DNA of 64,000 nt from Selenomonadaceae bacterium (GCA_963598415.1 CAVBUH010000047.1:140024-204023); one strand, 5' to 3'. Positions 28,152-37,835 are shown, counted from the first letter of the stretch. A program made the numbers and translations. Notes: a model not told the origin generated them from the sequence alone.

Positions 28152-28318
28152 GGCAATACCGTCGGGTGCACAGCTAACGCCTTTATTGGGCATTTGCTTC
28201 CATCTTTTCCATCATACTTTACCAATTTCGTCGGCAGAGGAGTCACTCTTGCCTCCTCTGTCTGACGAAAAATCCAGTGGCACAACTGCACAACAATCAT
28301 TGCGCGGTATTGCCTTAA
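28148..28318 (+). mobile_element. family-A MITE-like repeat inside the dcw operon (murE-murF spacer)
   Basis: It runs TTAAGGCAATACCGTCGGGTGCACAGCTAACGCC ... GCGCGGTATTGCCTTAA. It lacks about 9 nt (AATTTGTAT) that other copies have after the central CTCCTC. Confidence 0.8.
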
Positions 28319-28357
28319 GTTCTTACCCAGACATATTTTTTATAACGGAGAAATATA

Positions 28358-29761
28358 ATGTTAGATCTTATCAAAGGAATATCGCCGGAAGAAACAGCCG
28401 CAGCGGTAAACGGAAAGCTTCTTTTCCTCGGAAATAAAAAAATAACCGGCGCATCTATAGATTCCAGGAGCATAAAGGACGGCGATCTTTTTGTCGCCAT
28501 AAAGGGCGAAAAAACAGACGGTCATTGCTACATAGATGCCGCCTCACAAGCGGGAGCGGCAGCAGTACTTGTTGAAAACTCCGACATCAGCATCAAACTG
28601 CCTCAAAAAAATAACTGTTCCGTTATATTGGTTAACAATACCGTTTTGGCTCTCGGAAAGCTTGCCAAAAAGCATAAAGAAGAACTGAATACGCTTACCG
28701 TTGCGGTCACGGGAAGCGTGGGAAAAACCACAACAAGACAATTTATCTATGCGGTACTCTCCTCCGAGATGAAAACGCATAAAACCGAAGGAAACTTCAA
28801 TAACGAGCTTGGTCTTCCGCTTTCGGTGCTGAAGCTTGACAGTACATACAAGGCGTCTGTGCTGGAGCTTGGCATGAGCCAAAAAGGAGAGATTTCTTAC
28901 CTTACCGACATAGTCCGCCCTGACATAGCGGTTATAACGAATATAGGCACCTCCCATATCGAATATCTCGGTTCAAGAGAAGCGATCCGCGACGCAAAAT
29001 TGGAAATTTCAGAAGGACTCAGAGGTGACGGGAAGCTTATACTGAACGGAGATGAGCCTCTCCTTCTCGGAATCGACAGCGCCTGCTATGTATCTCTTAA
29101 AAACACAGAAGCCGATTTCAGAGCCGCTAATATTTGTTATACCTCCGAGGGAATGAGTTTCAATGCCGTATGCCCTGACAGAATAATAAAGAACTGTCTG
29201 ATACCCACTCTTGGTGAACACACAGTGCTCGACGCAATGTTCGCCGTAGCCTGTGGTTTTTATGCCGGAATATCCGACGACGGCATAAGAAAAGGTCTTG
29301 CCGCCTTTGAAGCCGTCGGAATGAGACAGAACATCATAAAACACGGTGAAGTAACTTTTATTCTTGACTATTATAATGCAAGTCCCGAATCCATAAAGGC
29401 TTCGCTCACCGTAACCAAACAGCTTGCCGAAGAGTGCGGAGGCAGAACGGTTGCCGTTATCGGAAACGTTCTCGAACTCGGAAACAAATCCGAGGAGCTT
29501 CACCGCTCCGTAGGAAGCTATGCCGCCTCTCTGAGCTGCGATCTTTTCTTTGCTTTCGGAGAAGACGCCTGCCTTGCCGCCCTTCAGGCAAAAGAAGATG
29601 GCATAAATGAAAATTCAGTCTTTACCTTTCCGGATATTTCCGATCCTGCCGCCATATCTGAAGCAATAACCGAACATATAAAACCCGGCGACTGCATACT
29701 TATTAAAGCGAGCCGTTCCATCCACATGGAGCGGGTAGCGGATATTCTTCTCGGAAAATAA
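28358..29761 (+). CDS. murF: UDP-N-acetylmuramoyl-tripeptide--D-alanyl-D-alanine ligase MurF
   Basis: 467 aa. It has VTGSVGKTTT, NFNNELGLPL and Mur ligase C-terminal motifs. Confidence 0.85.
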   Translation: MLDLIKGISPEETAAAVNGKLLFLGNKKITGASIDSRSIKDGDLFVAIKGEKTDGHCYIDAASQAGAAAVLVENSDISIKLPQKNNCSVILVNNTVLALGKLAKKHKEELNTLTVAVTGSVGKTTTRQFIYAVLSSEMKTHKTEGNFNNELGLPLSVLKLDSTYKASVLELGMSQKGEISYLTDIVRPDIAVITNIGTSHIEYLGSREAIRDAKLEISEGLRGDGKLILNGDEPLLLGIDSACYVSLKNTEADFRAANICYTSEGMSFNAVCPDRIIKNCLIPTLGEHTVLDAMFAVACGFYAGISDDGIRKGLAAFEAVGMRQNIIKHGEVTFILDYYNASPESIKASLTVTKQLAEECGGRTVAVIGNVLELGNKSEELHRSVGSYAASLSCDLFFAFGEDACLAALQAKEDGINENSVFTFPDISDPAAISEAITEHIKPGDCILIKASRSIHMERVADILLGK

Positions 29762-29830
29762 ATCCTTCGGATTCTCTGCCGCTGTATAAAATCTTCATCA
29801 AGCCGGAAAAAGAAAGGAAATACAAGCATC

Positions 29831-30820
29831 ATGTCGGTATTTTATATTATAACCTTGCTTACCACTCTTCTCTTAACAGCGCTGATTCTGCGCTTCCTGA
29901 TTCCTGTCCTGAAAAGTAAAAAAATGGGACAGAAAATTCTCGATATCGGTCCCCGCTGGCATAAATCCAAGGAAGGTACTCCGACAATGGGAGGGCTATC
30001 CTTTATCATTTCTTTTTCCGTTGTCAGCGCAGTTATGCTCTTAATAGCCGTGTATAATGGAAGCGCCGACAATATCCTTTCGGCAGTGCTGACCGGTTTT
30101 CTTGCCCTCGGAAATGGGCTTATCGGCGTCATAGACGATAGAACGAAGTTCTCAAAGGGTAAGAACGAGGGGCTTCTTTCCTGGCAAAAATACCTGCTTC
30201 AGCTTGCCCTCTGCGTGGTATATCTCTTTTTCATGAAATATTTTGATTTCATAAATACCTCCATATATATTCCTTTCTTCAAAAAAACGCTTGAACTTGG
30301 TATTGTGTACTATCCTCTTGCGATAATTCTTATTACGGGAGTCGTCAACAGCGTCAACCTCACAGACGGTATCGACGGTCTTGCGGCAGCCGAAACCGCC
30401 ATTGTTTCTGCGTTCTTCTCCGCAGTGGCATTTACACTCGGAAGCATGACTCTTGCTGTTTTTTCCGGCGCCGCCGTCGGCTGCTGCCTTGGATTTTTAA
30501 TATACAATTTCTATCCGGCAAAGGTATTTATGGGTGACACCGGTTCCCTGTTCCTCGGAGGTCTGGTTGCCGGAATGGCTTTCATGGCAAACAATCCCTT
30601 GATTATCATTGTTGTGGGCATTATGTATATCTGCGAGTCGCTCTCCGATATTATCCAGGTCTTGTATTTCAAACTCACACATGGCAGGCGCTTCTTCAAA
30701 ATGGCGCCTATTCACCATCACTTTGAAAAATGCGGATGGAGTGAAATAAAAATTGTATCGGTCTTTTCGTTAATCACACTGCTGATGAGTGCGCTTGCAT
30801 ATATCTTCGATATCATTTAA
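29831..30820 (+). CDS. mraY: phospho-N-acetylmuramoyl-pentapeptide transferase MraY
   Basis: 329 aa with 10 TM-like segments. It has KxGTPTMGG, NLTDGIDGLA, MGDTGSLFLGG and PIHHHFE. Confidence 0.9.
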   Translation: MSVFYIITLLTTLLLTALILRFLIPVLKSKKMGQKILDIGPRWHKSKEGTPTMGGLSFIISFSVVSAVMLLIAVYNGSADNILSAVLTGFLALGNGLIGVIDDRTKFSKGKNEGLLSWQKYLLQLALCVVYLFFMKYFDFINTSIYIPFFKKTLELGIVYYPLAIILITGVVNSVNLTDGIDGLAAAETAIVSAFFSAVAFTLGSMTLAVFSGAAVGCCLGFLIYNFYPAKVFMGDTGSLFLGGLVAGMAFMANNPLIIIVVGIMYICESLSDIIQVLYFKLTHGRRFFKMAPIHHHFEKCGWSEIKIVSVFSLITLLMSALAYIFDII

Positions 30821-30842
30821 ATACCTTGAAGGCGGAAAAACA

Positions 30843-32315
30843 ATGAACAATAACAATTCCGGAAACACTTCAAAAAACGAATATAAGGTCCGGCGTTCTA
30901 ATCTTACCAGGGAAGAGGCAAGAAAAAAAACGGTTCGCCGCCCCGCAAATGAACGAAAGGTTCAGACCGGAGCGCAAGCCGCGCCGCCTCACATTTCCCA
31001 AACGAGACAGCAGTCGTCTCAGCCCCCTCAGGCGAACGGAGCAGTCGCTTCTTATACAAAAGCAGACTATGCAAAAGGAATTGTTCCCGAAGCTGTCAGA
31101 ACAAACAGCAGCGACACCAACGCCAGAATAGAGAAAAAACGAAAGAAATCTCGTAAAAACGATTTTATTAAGCCAACGGATATCGTCAGAATAAAAGGAA
31201 GTTATGACCGCATACTTTTGATTCTTGTGATTATTCTGACGCTGTTCGGATTGATAATGGACTTTTCGGCAAGCTATGCTTACGCTTACAGCAGCACGGG
31301 CGACAGCTTCCATTTTGTAAAGCGACAGATAATTTGGGCGGCGGCGGGTTTTGTCGCAATGTTTGTCGCAATGCATTTTGATTATCGCTGGATGCGAAAA
31401 GTGACCGTACCGGTTTTCATCGCTGTTATAATACTTCTTATAGCGGTTTTGGCAACCGGAATCGCAAGCGGAGTAGCCCAGAGATGGATATTGATCGGTC
31501 CTATCACTATACAGCCGTCTGAATTTATGAAAACAGCGCTCGTTTTACTGCTTGCGCTCTATATTGCAAGAAACCAGGATCGAATCACGAACTATCGTAA
31601 TTTCTGGCAATCCTCTATATACGGAATGTTTATTCCGACCGCTATTGTAGGAGTTGTCTGCGTTCTGATCGCGCTCGAAAAGCATTTTTCCGGAACCATC
31701 ATTGTATTTCTTATCGGAATGGTTGTTATTTTCGCCGGAGGCGCGAGGAAAGGCTGGTTCATCGGCGCAGGCGCCTCTGCCGCTGCGATCATCATTCCCG
31801 CCATTATGTTTGTTCCCTATGCAAAAGAACGTGTTGATATGTGGCTGCACCCTGAAAACTATTCTCCAACGGGAAAAATATGGCAAACGCTTCAAGGGCT
31901 GTACGCAATCGGATCAGGAGGACTTTTTGGAGTCGGCCTCGGAAACAGCCGTCAAAAACATCTTTATGTCTCTCAGCCGCAAAACGACTTCGTATTTTCC
32001 ATTATCGCTGAAGAGCTTGGCTTTGCCGGCGCTATTCTTGTCATTATATTATTTATGCTGCTCATATGGAGAGGGTTTGTAATTGCCCTTAAAGCTCCCG
32101 ATACCTTCTCCTCCCTCGTCGTTATCGGTCTTACCAGCAAGGTAGCAATCCAGGCGATTCTTAATATCGCCGTTGTCACGAATACCATTCCCAACACCGG
32201 TATCAGCCTACCATTCTTCAGCTATGGCGGCACCGCTCTCCTTATGCAGCTTGCCGAAATGGGAATCATTCTGTCTATATCGCGTTATTCTTACCAACGC
32301 AATCCGCAATTATGA
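30843..32315 (+). CDS. ftsW: FtsW/RodA/SpoVE family peptidoglycan glycosyltransferase
   Basis: It has a SEDS-family core (QPSEFMK, DFVFSIIAEELGF, LPFFSYGGT) preceded by a basic, Gln/Ser-rich N-terminal extension of about 110 aa. I prefer the ATG at 30843 over the ORF-track start at 30789. Confidence 0.8.
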   Translation: MNNNNSGNTSKNEYKVRRSNLTREEARKKTVRRPANERKVQTGAQAAPPHISQTRQQSSQPPQANGAVASYTKADYAKGIVPEAVRTNSSDTNARIEKKRKKSRKNDFIKPTDIVRIKGSYDRILLILVIILTLFGLIMDFSASYAYAYSSTGDSFHFVKRQIIWAAAGFVAMFVAMHFDYRWMRKVTVPVFIAVIILLIAVLATGIASGVAQRWILIGPITIQPSEFMKTALVLLLALYIARNQDRITNYRNFWQSSIYGMFIPTAIVGVVCVLIALEKHFSGTIIVFLIGMVVIFAGGARKGWFIGAGASAAAIIIPAIMFVPYAKERVDMWLHPENYSPTGKIWQTLQGLYAIGSGGLFGVGLGNSRQKHLYVSQPQNDFVFSIIAEELGFAGAILVIILFMLLIWRGFVIALKAPDTFSSLVVIGLTSKVAIQAILNIAVVTNTIPNTGISLPFFSYGGTALLMQLAEMGIILSISRYSYQRNPQL

Positions 32316-32341
32316 AAATTCATTGAAAGGTAGCATCGGAT

Positions 32342-33463
32342 ATGAGAGTACTCATGACCGGAGGCGGTACCGGAGGGCATATCAATCCGGCTATTGCCAT
32401 TGCCAAAACGATTCAGAAAAATGAACCGGATTCCAAAATCGCTTTTGTCGGAACCTCACGCGGCATGGAAAATCGACTTATTCCCAAAGAGGGGTTTCCT
32501 ATATACCACATAGAAATGCGAGGACTGAGACGCGGCTTTTCTCTTTCCAATCTGAAAACCTTACAGCTTATGATAACGTCGGTAGGAAAAGCCAAAAAGC
32601 TTATCCGAGAGTTTAAACCGGATATCGCAATTGGTACCGGAGGATATGTTTGCTGGCCTCTTATAAAAGCAGCTTCCGAAATGGGTATTCCAACGGCGCT
32701 TCATGAATCAAATGCGCTTGCCGGAGTAGCGGTAAAGCTTCTCGCTCCAAAAATAGATATCCTATTCACAAATTTTGAACAAACCGCCGAACAGATAAAG
32801 CACTGTAAAAAAATCGTTCATGTCGGGAACCCATTAAAAAACGGTTTTACCGACGTCACGCATGAAGAAGCAAGAAAAACACTCGGATTTGAAGGAAAAT
32901 ACCGATATTCTATTCTCTCCTGCGGAGGCAGCCTCGGAGCGGAAAGAATCAATTCCGAGATATTGAAAATGATGACCGAGTACTCTTCTAAGCATCCGGA
33001 AATACATCACCTTCACCAGGCGGGCGTAGGAAATTATAAAACGGTAAAAACCGAATTCGATCGCCTCGGACTCGATCGTTTTTCTAATCTTTCTCTTGTA
33101 GATTATATCTACGATATGCCCTTACGTCTTGCCGCTGCGGATATCGTCATAAACCGTGCCGGTGCTATGACAATATCAGAGCTTGCTCTTCTGAAAAAGC
33201 CTTCTATTCTCATCCCTTCTCCTAACGTTACTGATAATCATCAGTATAAAAACGCTAAAGTTCTTGCCGACGCCGGCGCCGTCGTTATGATAGAAGAAAA
33301 AAATCTTGAAAATGTCTTTCTCTCCGATGCTGTTGAAAAATTACTCGGCAATCGGAGTGAGCGAAGAGAGATGGCGGAGAAATTCGGCAAATTTGCCATA
33401 AAAAATGCAGATTTTTTGATATATAATGAGATAAAAAAACTTGTAAATTTGAGAAAAATGTGA
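32342..33463 (+). CDS. murG: undecaprenyldiphospho-muramoylpentapeptide beta-N-acetylglucosaminyltransferase MurG
   Basis: 373 aa. It has GGGTGGHINPA, GTGGYV and a C-terminal GT28 domain (RAGAMTISEL). Confidence 0.9.
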   Translation: MRVLMTGGGTGGHINPAIAIAKTIQKNEPDSKIAFVGTSRGMENRLIPKEGFPIYHIEMRGLRRGFSLSNLKTLQLMITSVGKAKKLIREFKPDIAIGTGGYVCWPLIKAASEMGIPTALHESNALAGVAVKLLAPKIDILFTNFEQTAEQIKHCKKIVHVGNPLKNGFTDVTHEEARKTLGFEGKYRYSILSCGGSLGAERINSEILKMMTEYSSKHPEIHHLHQAGVGNYKTVKTEFDRLGLDRFSNLSLVDYIYDMPLRLAAADIVINRAGAMTISELALLKKPSILIPSPNVTDNHQYKNAKVLADAGAVVMIEEKNLENVFLSDAVEKLLGNRSERREMAEKFGKFAIKNADFLIYNEIKKLVNLRKM

Positions 33464-33536
33464 TATACTGTTGGTATGCCGAATTTCGCGGCAAATATCG
33501 GAAGGGATTTTGCGCTCAAACGCGCCTGATCATATT

Positions 33537-34400
33537 ATGAACAGTGCCGGTGTAAACGCGGAAGTGAAAAGCGGTCTGAATAACGCCGAGCTCGTCAATA
33601 AAGATTCCTTCGAGCGTCTTAAGTCTAAAAACCGCCGCAAAGAATTCCGCAGAAGAATTTTCTATTTTTTTATCTCCGTCCTTCTCTGCGCGGTAGTCGC
33701 CTTGGTGTGTATTATTTTTTTCTTCGGTCTAAAACATGTTGAGATACGCGGAAACGAAAAATATTCTCAGGACGAGATCCTCGCTGTTTGCAGTTTTGAA
33801 GAAAACGTTAACCTTTTCGGAATTGATTTTGACGCTGCTGAAGACCTGATAACCGGCAATTTTCCTTATATTCGAGGGGTAAATTTTAAAAGAGTTTTTC
33901 CCTCCACCTTAATCATAACGGTTTTCGAAGACGCTCCTGCATGGTTTACACAGATTGCAGGCGACTGGTTTGTTCTGTCAGACGATTTACGGGTAATATC
34001 TCGTTATAATATGAAAGAAGAAATAGAATTGCTCGGTCTTCCCCTTACTTACATAAATCTCCCTGAAGTAAATTATGCCGTCACGGGCGAAACCGTCAAA
34101 TTCACAAAAGCGTCCAATTATGATTATATTGTATCTTTTTTGAAAGAACTTGACGATTATGAATTTTTTTCATCGGTGGATTCAATAGACGCTTCTGACA
34201 GATACCATATTTCGGTTTACTCCGGCAATGGAAAATATAAAATAAATATCGGAACATCTGAAAATCTCGACGCCAAAATCAAATTTGTTATGAAGGTTAT
34301 TGAAGAAGCTTTTGATGAAAATACCATCGCTTCCATCGATGTGGAATATCTCACTTCAATCATTGTCCTGAAGCAGGACGAGCTTTTCATATATCCTTGA
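33537..34400 (+). CDS. ftsQ: cell division protein FtsQ/DivIB (POTRA domain), start uncertain
   Basis: One TM helix (FYFFISVLLCAVVALVCIIFFF) is followed by a POTRA-like segment (HVEIRGNEKYSQDEIL). It sits in the dcw position before ftsZ. The ORF track starts at TTG 33471. No good SD precedes either start. Confidence 0.6.
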   Translation: MNSAGVNAEVKSGLNNAELVNKDSFERLKSKNRRKEFRRRIFYFFISVLLCAVVALVCIIFFFGLKHVEIRGNEKYSQDEILAVCSFEENVNLFGIDFDAAEDLITGNFPYIRGVNFKRVFPSTLIITVFEDAPAWFTQIAGDWFVLSDDLRVISRYNMKEEIELLGLPLTYINLPEVNYAVTGETVKFTKASNYDYIVSFLKELDDYEFFSSVDSIDASDRYHISVYSGNGKYKINIGTSENLDAKIKFVMKVIEEAFDENTIASIDVEYLTSIIVLKQDELFIYP

Positions 34401-34556
34401 ATGGGATCAAATTGTTAATATATAGTTAATTTTTTAAAAAAGTATTGCATAGTTTTGCGAAAAATATTATCATTATTAGTGTATATCTGTGTACAGATAC
34501 TTTTTTATGGTAATAATAAAATAAAGGTCTATTAAAGTTTTTAGGAGGATACATAT

Positions 34557-35693
34557 ATGCCATTCGAGCTCGAAGAAAATTATGACAGCGGCGTTAATAT
34601 AAAGGTCGTAGGTGTCGGCGGAGGAGGAAGCAATGCCGTAAACCGTATGATTGAGACAAACATTCGCGGTGTTGAATTCATCGCCATTAATACTGACAAA
34701 CAGGCTCTTATGCGTTCCGCAGCCCCCAAGAAGATTCCGATAGGCGACAAAATTACAAAAGGACACGGGGCCGGCGCGAATCCGGACATCGGTGCCAGAG
34801 CCGCAGAGGAAAGTCAGGAGGAAATCGCTTCCGCGCTAAAGGGAGCCGATATGGTTTTCATAACCGCGGGTATGGGAGGCGGAACCGGAACAGGCGCAGC
34901 ACCTGTCGTTGCAAAGCTTGCCCGGGATATGGATATTCTTACTATCGGTATCGTAACAAAACCTTTCAATTTTGAGGGCAGAAGAAGAATGGAAGCAGCA
35001 GAGAGCGGTATCGAGCGTTTCCGCGATTCCGTTGATTCTCTTATCATTATTCCGAACGAGAGATTAAAACAAATTTCCGAAACAAGAATTACTTTTGCAA
35101 ACGCTTTTGCCGAGGCAGATAATGTTCTCCGTCGCGGTGTTCAAAGTATTTCCGACCTTATTAATGTTCCCGGAATCGTAAACCTTGATTTTGCCGATGT
35201 GACCGCTGTAATGCAGAATGCCGGCGCTGCTCATATGGGCGTAGGAACCGCTACAGGCAAGGATAAGGCAACGGAAGCCGCCAAGCTCGCTATTTCAAGT
35301 CCGCTTCTTGAAACGTCAATACAGGGTGCAAGAGGCATTCTTATCAACATTACCGCTTCTCCCGACATCGGGCTTGAAGAAATTGATACCGCTTCCACTA
35401 TTATTGCGGAAGAAGCTCACCCCGACGCTCAAATCATTTGGGGTGCTGCGTTTGACGATACTCTTGAGGATACCATGTCTATCACGGTCGTAGCCACCGG
35501 CTTTGAAGGCGAGAAGAAAGAAGCAAAGAAGGAAGTTAAGAGCACTTCCGCACAAAAGATTTCACATCCTGCTCAGGAGTCGGTTCAGGAAAAAAAGACT
35601 GTTGAATTAAACGACAGCGATGAAAACGAGGAAATATCCGATGATGATTTCATTGATTTGTGGGATATTGTAAAGAAAAAGAGAAGCAAATAA
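34557..35693 (+). CDS. ftsZ: cell division protein FtsZ
   Basis: 378 aa. It has [12 protein letters not shown], the tubulin signature GGGTGTG and NLDFADV. The SD AGGAGG lies 8 nt upstream. Confidence 0.95.
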   Translation: MPFELEENYDSGVNIKVVGVGGGGSNAVNRMIETNIRGVEFIAINTDKQALMRSAAPKKIPIGDKITKGHGAGANPDIGARAAEESQEEIASALKGADMVFITAGMGGGTGTGAAPVVAKLARDMDILTIGIVTKPFNFEGRRRMEAAESGIERFRDSVDSLIIIPNERLKQISETRITFANAFAEADNVLRRGVQSISDLINVPGIVNLDFADVTAVMQNAGAAHMGVGTATGKDKATEAAKLAISSPLLETSIQGARGILINITASPDIGLEEIDTASTIIAEEAHPDAQIIWGAAFDDTLEDTMSITVVATGFEGEKKEAKKEVKSTSAQKISHPAQESVQEKKTVELNDSDENEEISDDDFIDLWDIVKKKRSK

Positions 35694-35697
35694 GATT

Positions 35698-35858
35698 GGG
35701 GAACCTCTAAAAATTTAATGTTCCCAGACCAGCAATCGGTAGTCAAAACAAAAATTCGACAGACAGCGTATATATATACCTGATAAGATTTTTTGTGACC
35801 GACGAATGGCGGAAAACAGTTCGATTTGGAATTGGGGCAGTGAATTTTTAGAGGTACC
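35698..35858 (+). mobile_element. family-B MITE-like repeat in the ftsZ 3' region
   Basis: The ends are GGGGAACCTCTAAAAATT ... AATTTTTAGAGGTACC, a clear inverted-repeat pair. The core is GTAGTCAAAACAAAAATTCGACAGACAGCG. It lies between the ftsZ stop codon and the terminator hairpin. Confidence 0.7.
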
Positions 35859-35866
35859 GTTATATA

Positions 35867-35916
35867 AAAGCAAGATGTCTTCCCTGTTTGCAAAACAGTC
35901 GACATCTTGCTTTTAT
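35867..35916 (+). terminator. terminator hairpin downstream of ftsZ and the B element
   Basis: AAAAGCAAGATGTC-(20 nt with an inner hairpin)-GACATCTTGCTTTT followed by ATTAT. Confidence 0.55.
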
Positions 35917-35939
35917 TATACTTTTATTATATCAGAAGA

Positions 35940-36120
35940 TTAAGGCAATACCGCCGGTCGCACAGCTAACGCCTTTATTGCGCATTTGCTTGCAGCTTTT
36001 CCCTCATACTTCACCAATTTCGTCGACAGAGGGAGGCGATCCTGCCTCCTCAATTTATATTGTTTGACGAAAAGTCCGGAGGCGCAGCTGCACAACAATC
36101 ATTGCGTGGTATTGCCTTAA
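35940..36120 (+). mobile_element. family-A MITE-like repeat (used as reference copy)
   Basis: It runs TTAAGGCAATACCGCCGGTCGCACAGCTAACGCCTTTATTGCGCATTTGCTTGC ... GCGTGGTATTGCCTTAA and is 181 bp long. Confidence 0.8.
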
Positions 36121-36176
36121 ATTTTAAAATAGTCCTTCCCGCTCGGCCGACATCTCATACACGCGCCTTATATCAC

Positions 36177-36926
36177 TTATTTTCTTATAAGCCAAAGCTT
36201 AACTACCGCCGCACATTCACGTAAACACCTCATCGGAACCGTATACCATTCTATTTCGGAATGATAATGCGTACAATTTATCCCCATATCTTCGGCAATT
36301 TTAACCGCTCTATATATGTGATACCCACTTGTAATCAAGGCTACTCTGTAACCGCTTTCGCCGCCGAAATACTCATCCAAGAGTTCCCTTGAGTTATAGA
36401 GATTGGTATAAGTCGAAACGGAAGCTTCTTCCCGAATGATTCTGTCAGCGCTTATTCCTTTTGCAATAAGATACTGCTCCATAGCAAATGCCTCTGTTAC
36501 GGTTTCGCCGTTTCCCTGCCCTCCTGATACAACAATAATGGCGTTTGTATTTTTGCGGTAATATTCAACCGCTTTATCAAGTCGGTTTGCAAGCTGTCTG
36601 CTTACCTGATCACCGTTGAGCCCTGCACCGAGTACTATAACTGCGTCTTCTGTAAAATCGGCGTTATCACGCTGTCCGTAAGCAGAAACATAGACTACCA
36701 ATGAAGCAAATATAACCGATATCCCCAAAACAGCAGCAAACAGCCATTTAACGCTAAATAGCTTATCAAAATATTTTCCTGCAGCAATCAGAAAAATAGA
36801 TATAATCCCGCACAAAATCAAACCAAAATTAAAATTCGAAACAAAAGGCATGACCGCTGTATATATCATTCCCAATATTCCTATGATAATCAATACTATC
36901 GATGCTATATGTTTTATTTTCATCAA
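36177..36926 (-). CDS. YdcF/DUF218 (ElyC/SanA-like) family membrane protein
   Basis: 249 aa. N-terminal TM helices are followed by a DUF218-like core (VLGAGLNGDQVS, VVSGGQGNGETVTEA, ALITSGYHIYRA). Confidence 0.65.
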   Translation of the reverse strand: MMKIKHIASIVLIIIGILGMIYTAVMPFVSNFNFGLILCGIISIFLIAAGKYFDKLFSVKWLFAAVLGISVIFASLVVYVSAYGQRDNADFTEDAVIVLGAGLNGDQVSRQLANRLDKAVEYYRKNTNAIIVVSGGQGNGETVTEAFAMEQYLIAKGISADRIIREEASVSTYTNLYNSRELLDEYFGGESGYRVALITSGYHIYRAVKIAEDMGINCTHYHSEIEWYTVPMRCLRECAAVVKLWLIRK

Positions 36927-37039
36927 TCCCGTCCTCCTCTTCTATACTGTGTATCCGTTACTCTTAAGGTGATACTGTGCGGCAATATAAATCTCTGAAG
37001 TGTTATACTTATACCATACTTTTTACAATTTGTCAACCG

Positions 37040-37290
37040 CATCGCAAGTTATCTGAACAAAATCTACAATAAACGGAGAAAATATTTTCATTAGGAGAGC
37101 AAGTTTGGAAAATCCTGTACCGTTTACGGTTCTGCTTCTTCACGCTTGTCCCTCACTCGTAACCGAACCCCTGCTTTCCACCATACTTTTTTATTTGAAG
37201 CGAAAGTAATTTAATCAGGGCTCAGTGGTAAGTTCTTTCCGACCATTCCGAAACAAGCTCCAAATGGACGCCTGCTAAACTGTTACTCAT
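37040..37290 (-). pseudogene. remnant of a DUF4379-type zinc-ribbon protein gene
   Basis: The minus-strand SD GAGGAAGG plus the ATG at 37290 gives MSNSLAGVHLELVSEWSE. After a frameshift it continues KNLPLSPD(stop)ITFASNKKVWWK... This matches the P-E-L-x-x-E-W-x-x-x-K-N ... KKVWW pattern but is broken by at least one frameshift and stop codons. Confidence 0.45.
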
Positions 37291-37421
37291 TTCCTTCCTC
37301 TGTAATTATCTAATTATATATTGAGAAAATGATGTAGTTTGTGATATAGTCAGCTAACAAAAATACCCCGACAGAACTTTTTGCCTCGTCAAGAAACTAA
37401 CACACTATGAATAAACCGGAA

Positions 37422-37835
37422 TTAACAATCTAACTGCATTTGAATATGCGGAATTCCATCTTCCAAAAATTCCTCGGAAGTTTGATGAAATCCTATTTTT
37501 TCATACATCCGTCTCACATAAACCTGTGCTTCAATGGTAATTCTTTTCGCACGGAACTTGTCTTTTGCAACATCAATTGCTGCAGCCACAATTTTGCTGC
37601 CAATACCACAGCGGCGTTTTACGGAAATTACACGACCGATAGAAAAATCCGAAAATGTCATTCCCTGTGGAAGAATCCGTGCGTATGCCTGAATTCCGTT
37701 TTCATCTTGCAGCCAAATATGATATGCCACTTTATCCGCTTCATCGATTTCCTGATAGGCGCATTTCTGTTCAACGACAAACACTGATACTCGCAGCTTA
37801 TAGATGTCATACAGTTCTTCTGTGCTTAATTCCAA
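37422..37835 (-). CDS. GNAT family N-acetyltransferase (ElaA-like)
   Basis: 137 aa. It has LYDIYKLRVSVFVVEQKCAYQEID and RRCGIGSKIV (an acetyl-CoA binding-type motif). Confidence 0.75.
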   Translation of the reverse strand: MELSTEELYDIYKLRVSVFVVEQKCAYQEIDEADKVAYHIWLQDENGIQAYARILPQGMTFSDFSIGRVISVKRRCGIGSKIVAAAIDVAKDKFRAKRITIEAQVYVRRMYEKIGFHQTSEEFLEDGIPHIQMQLDC

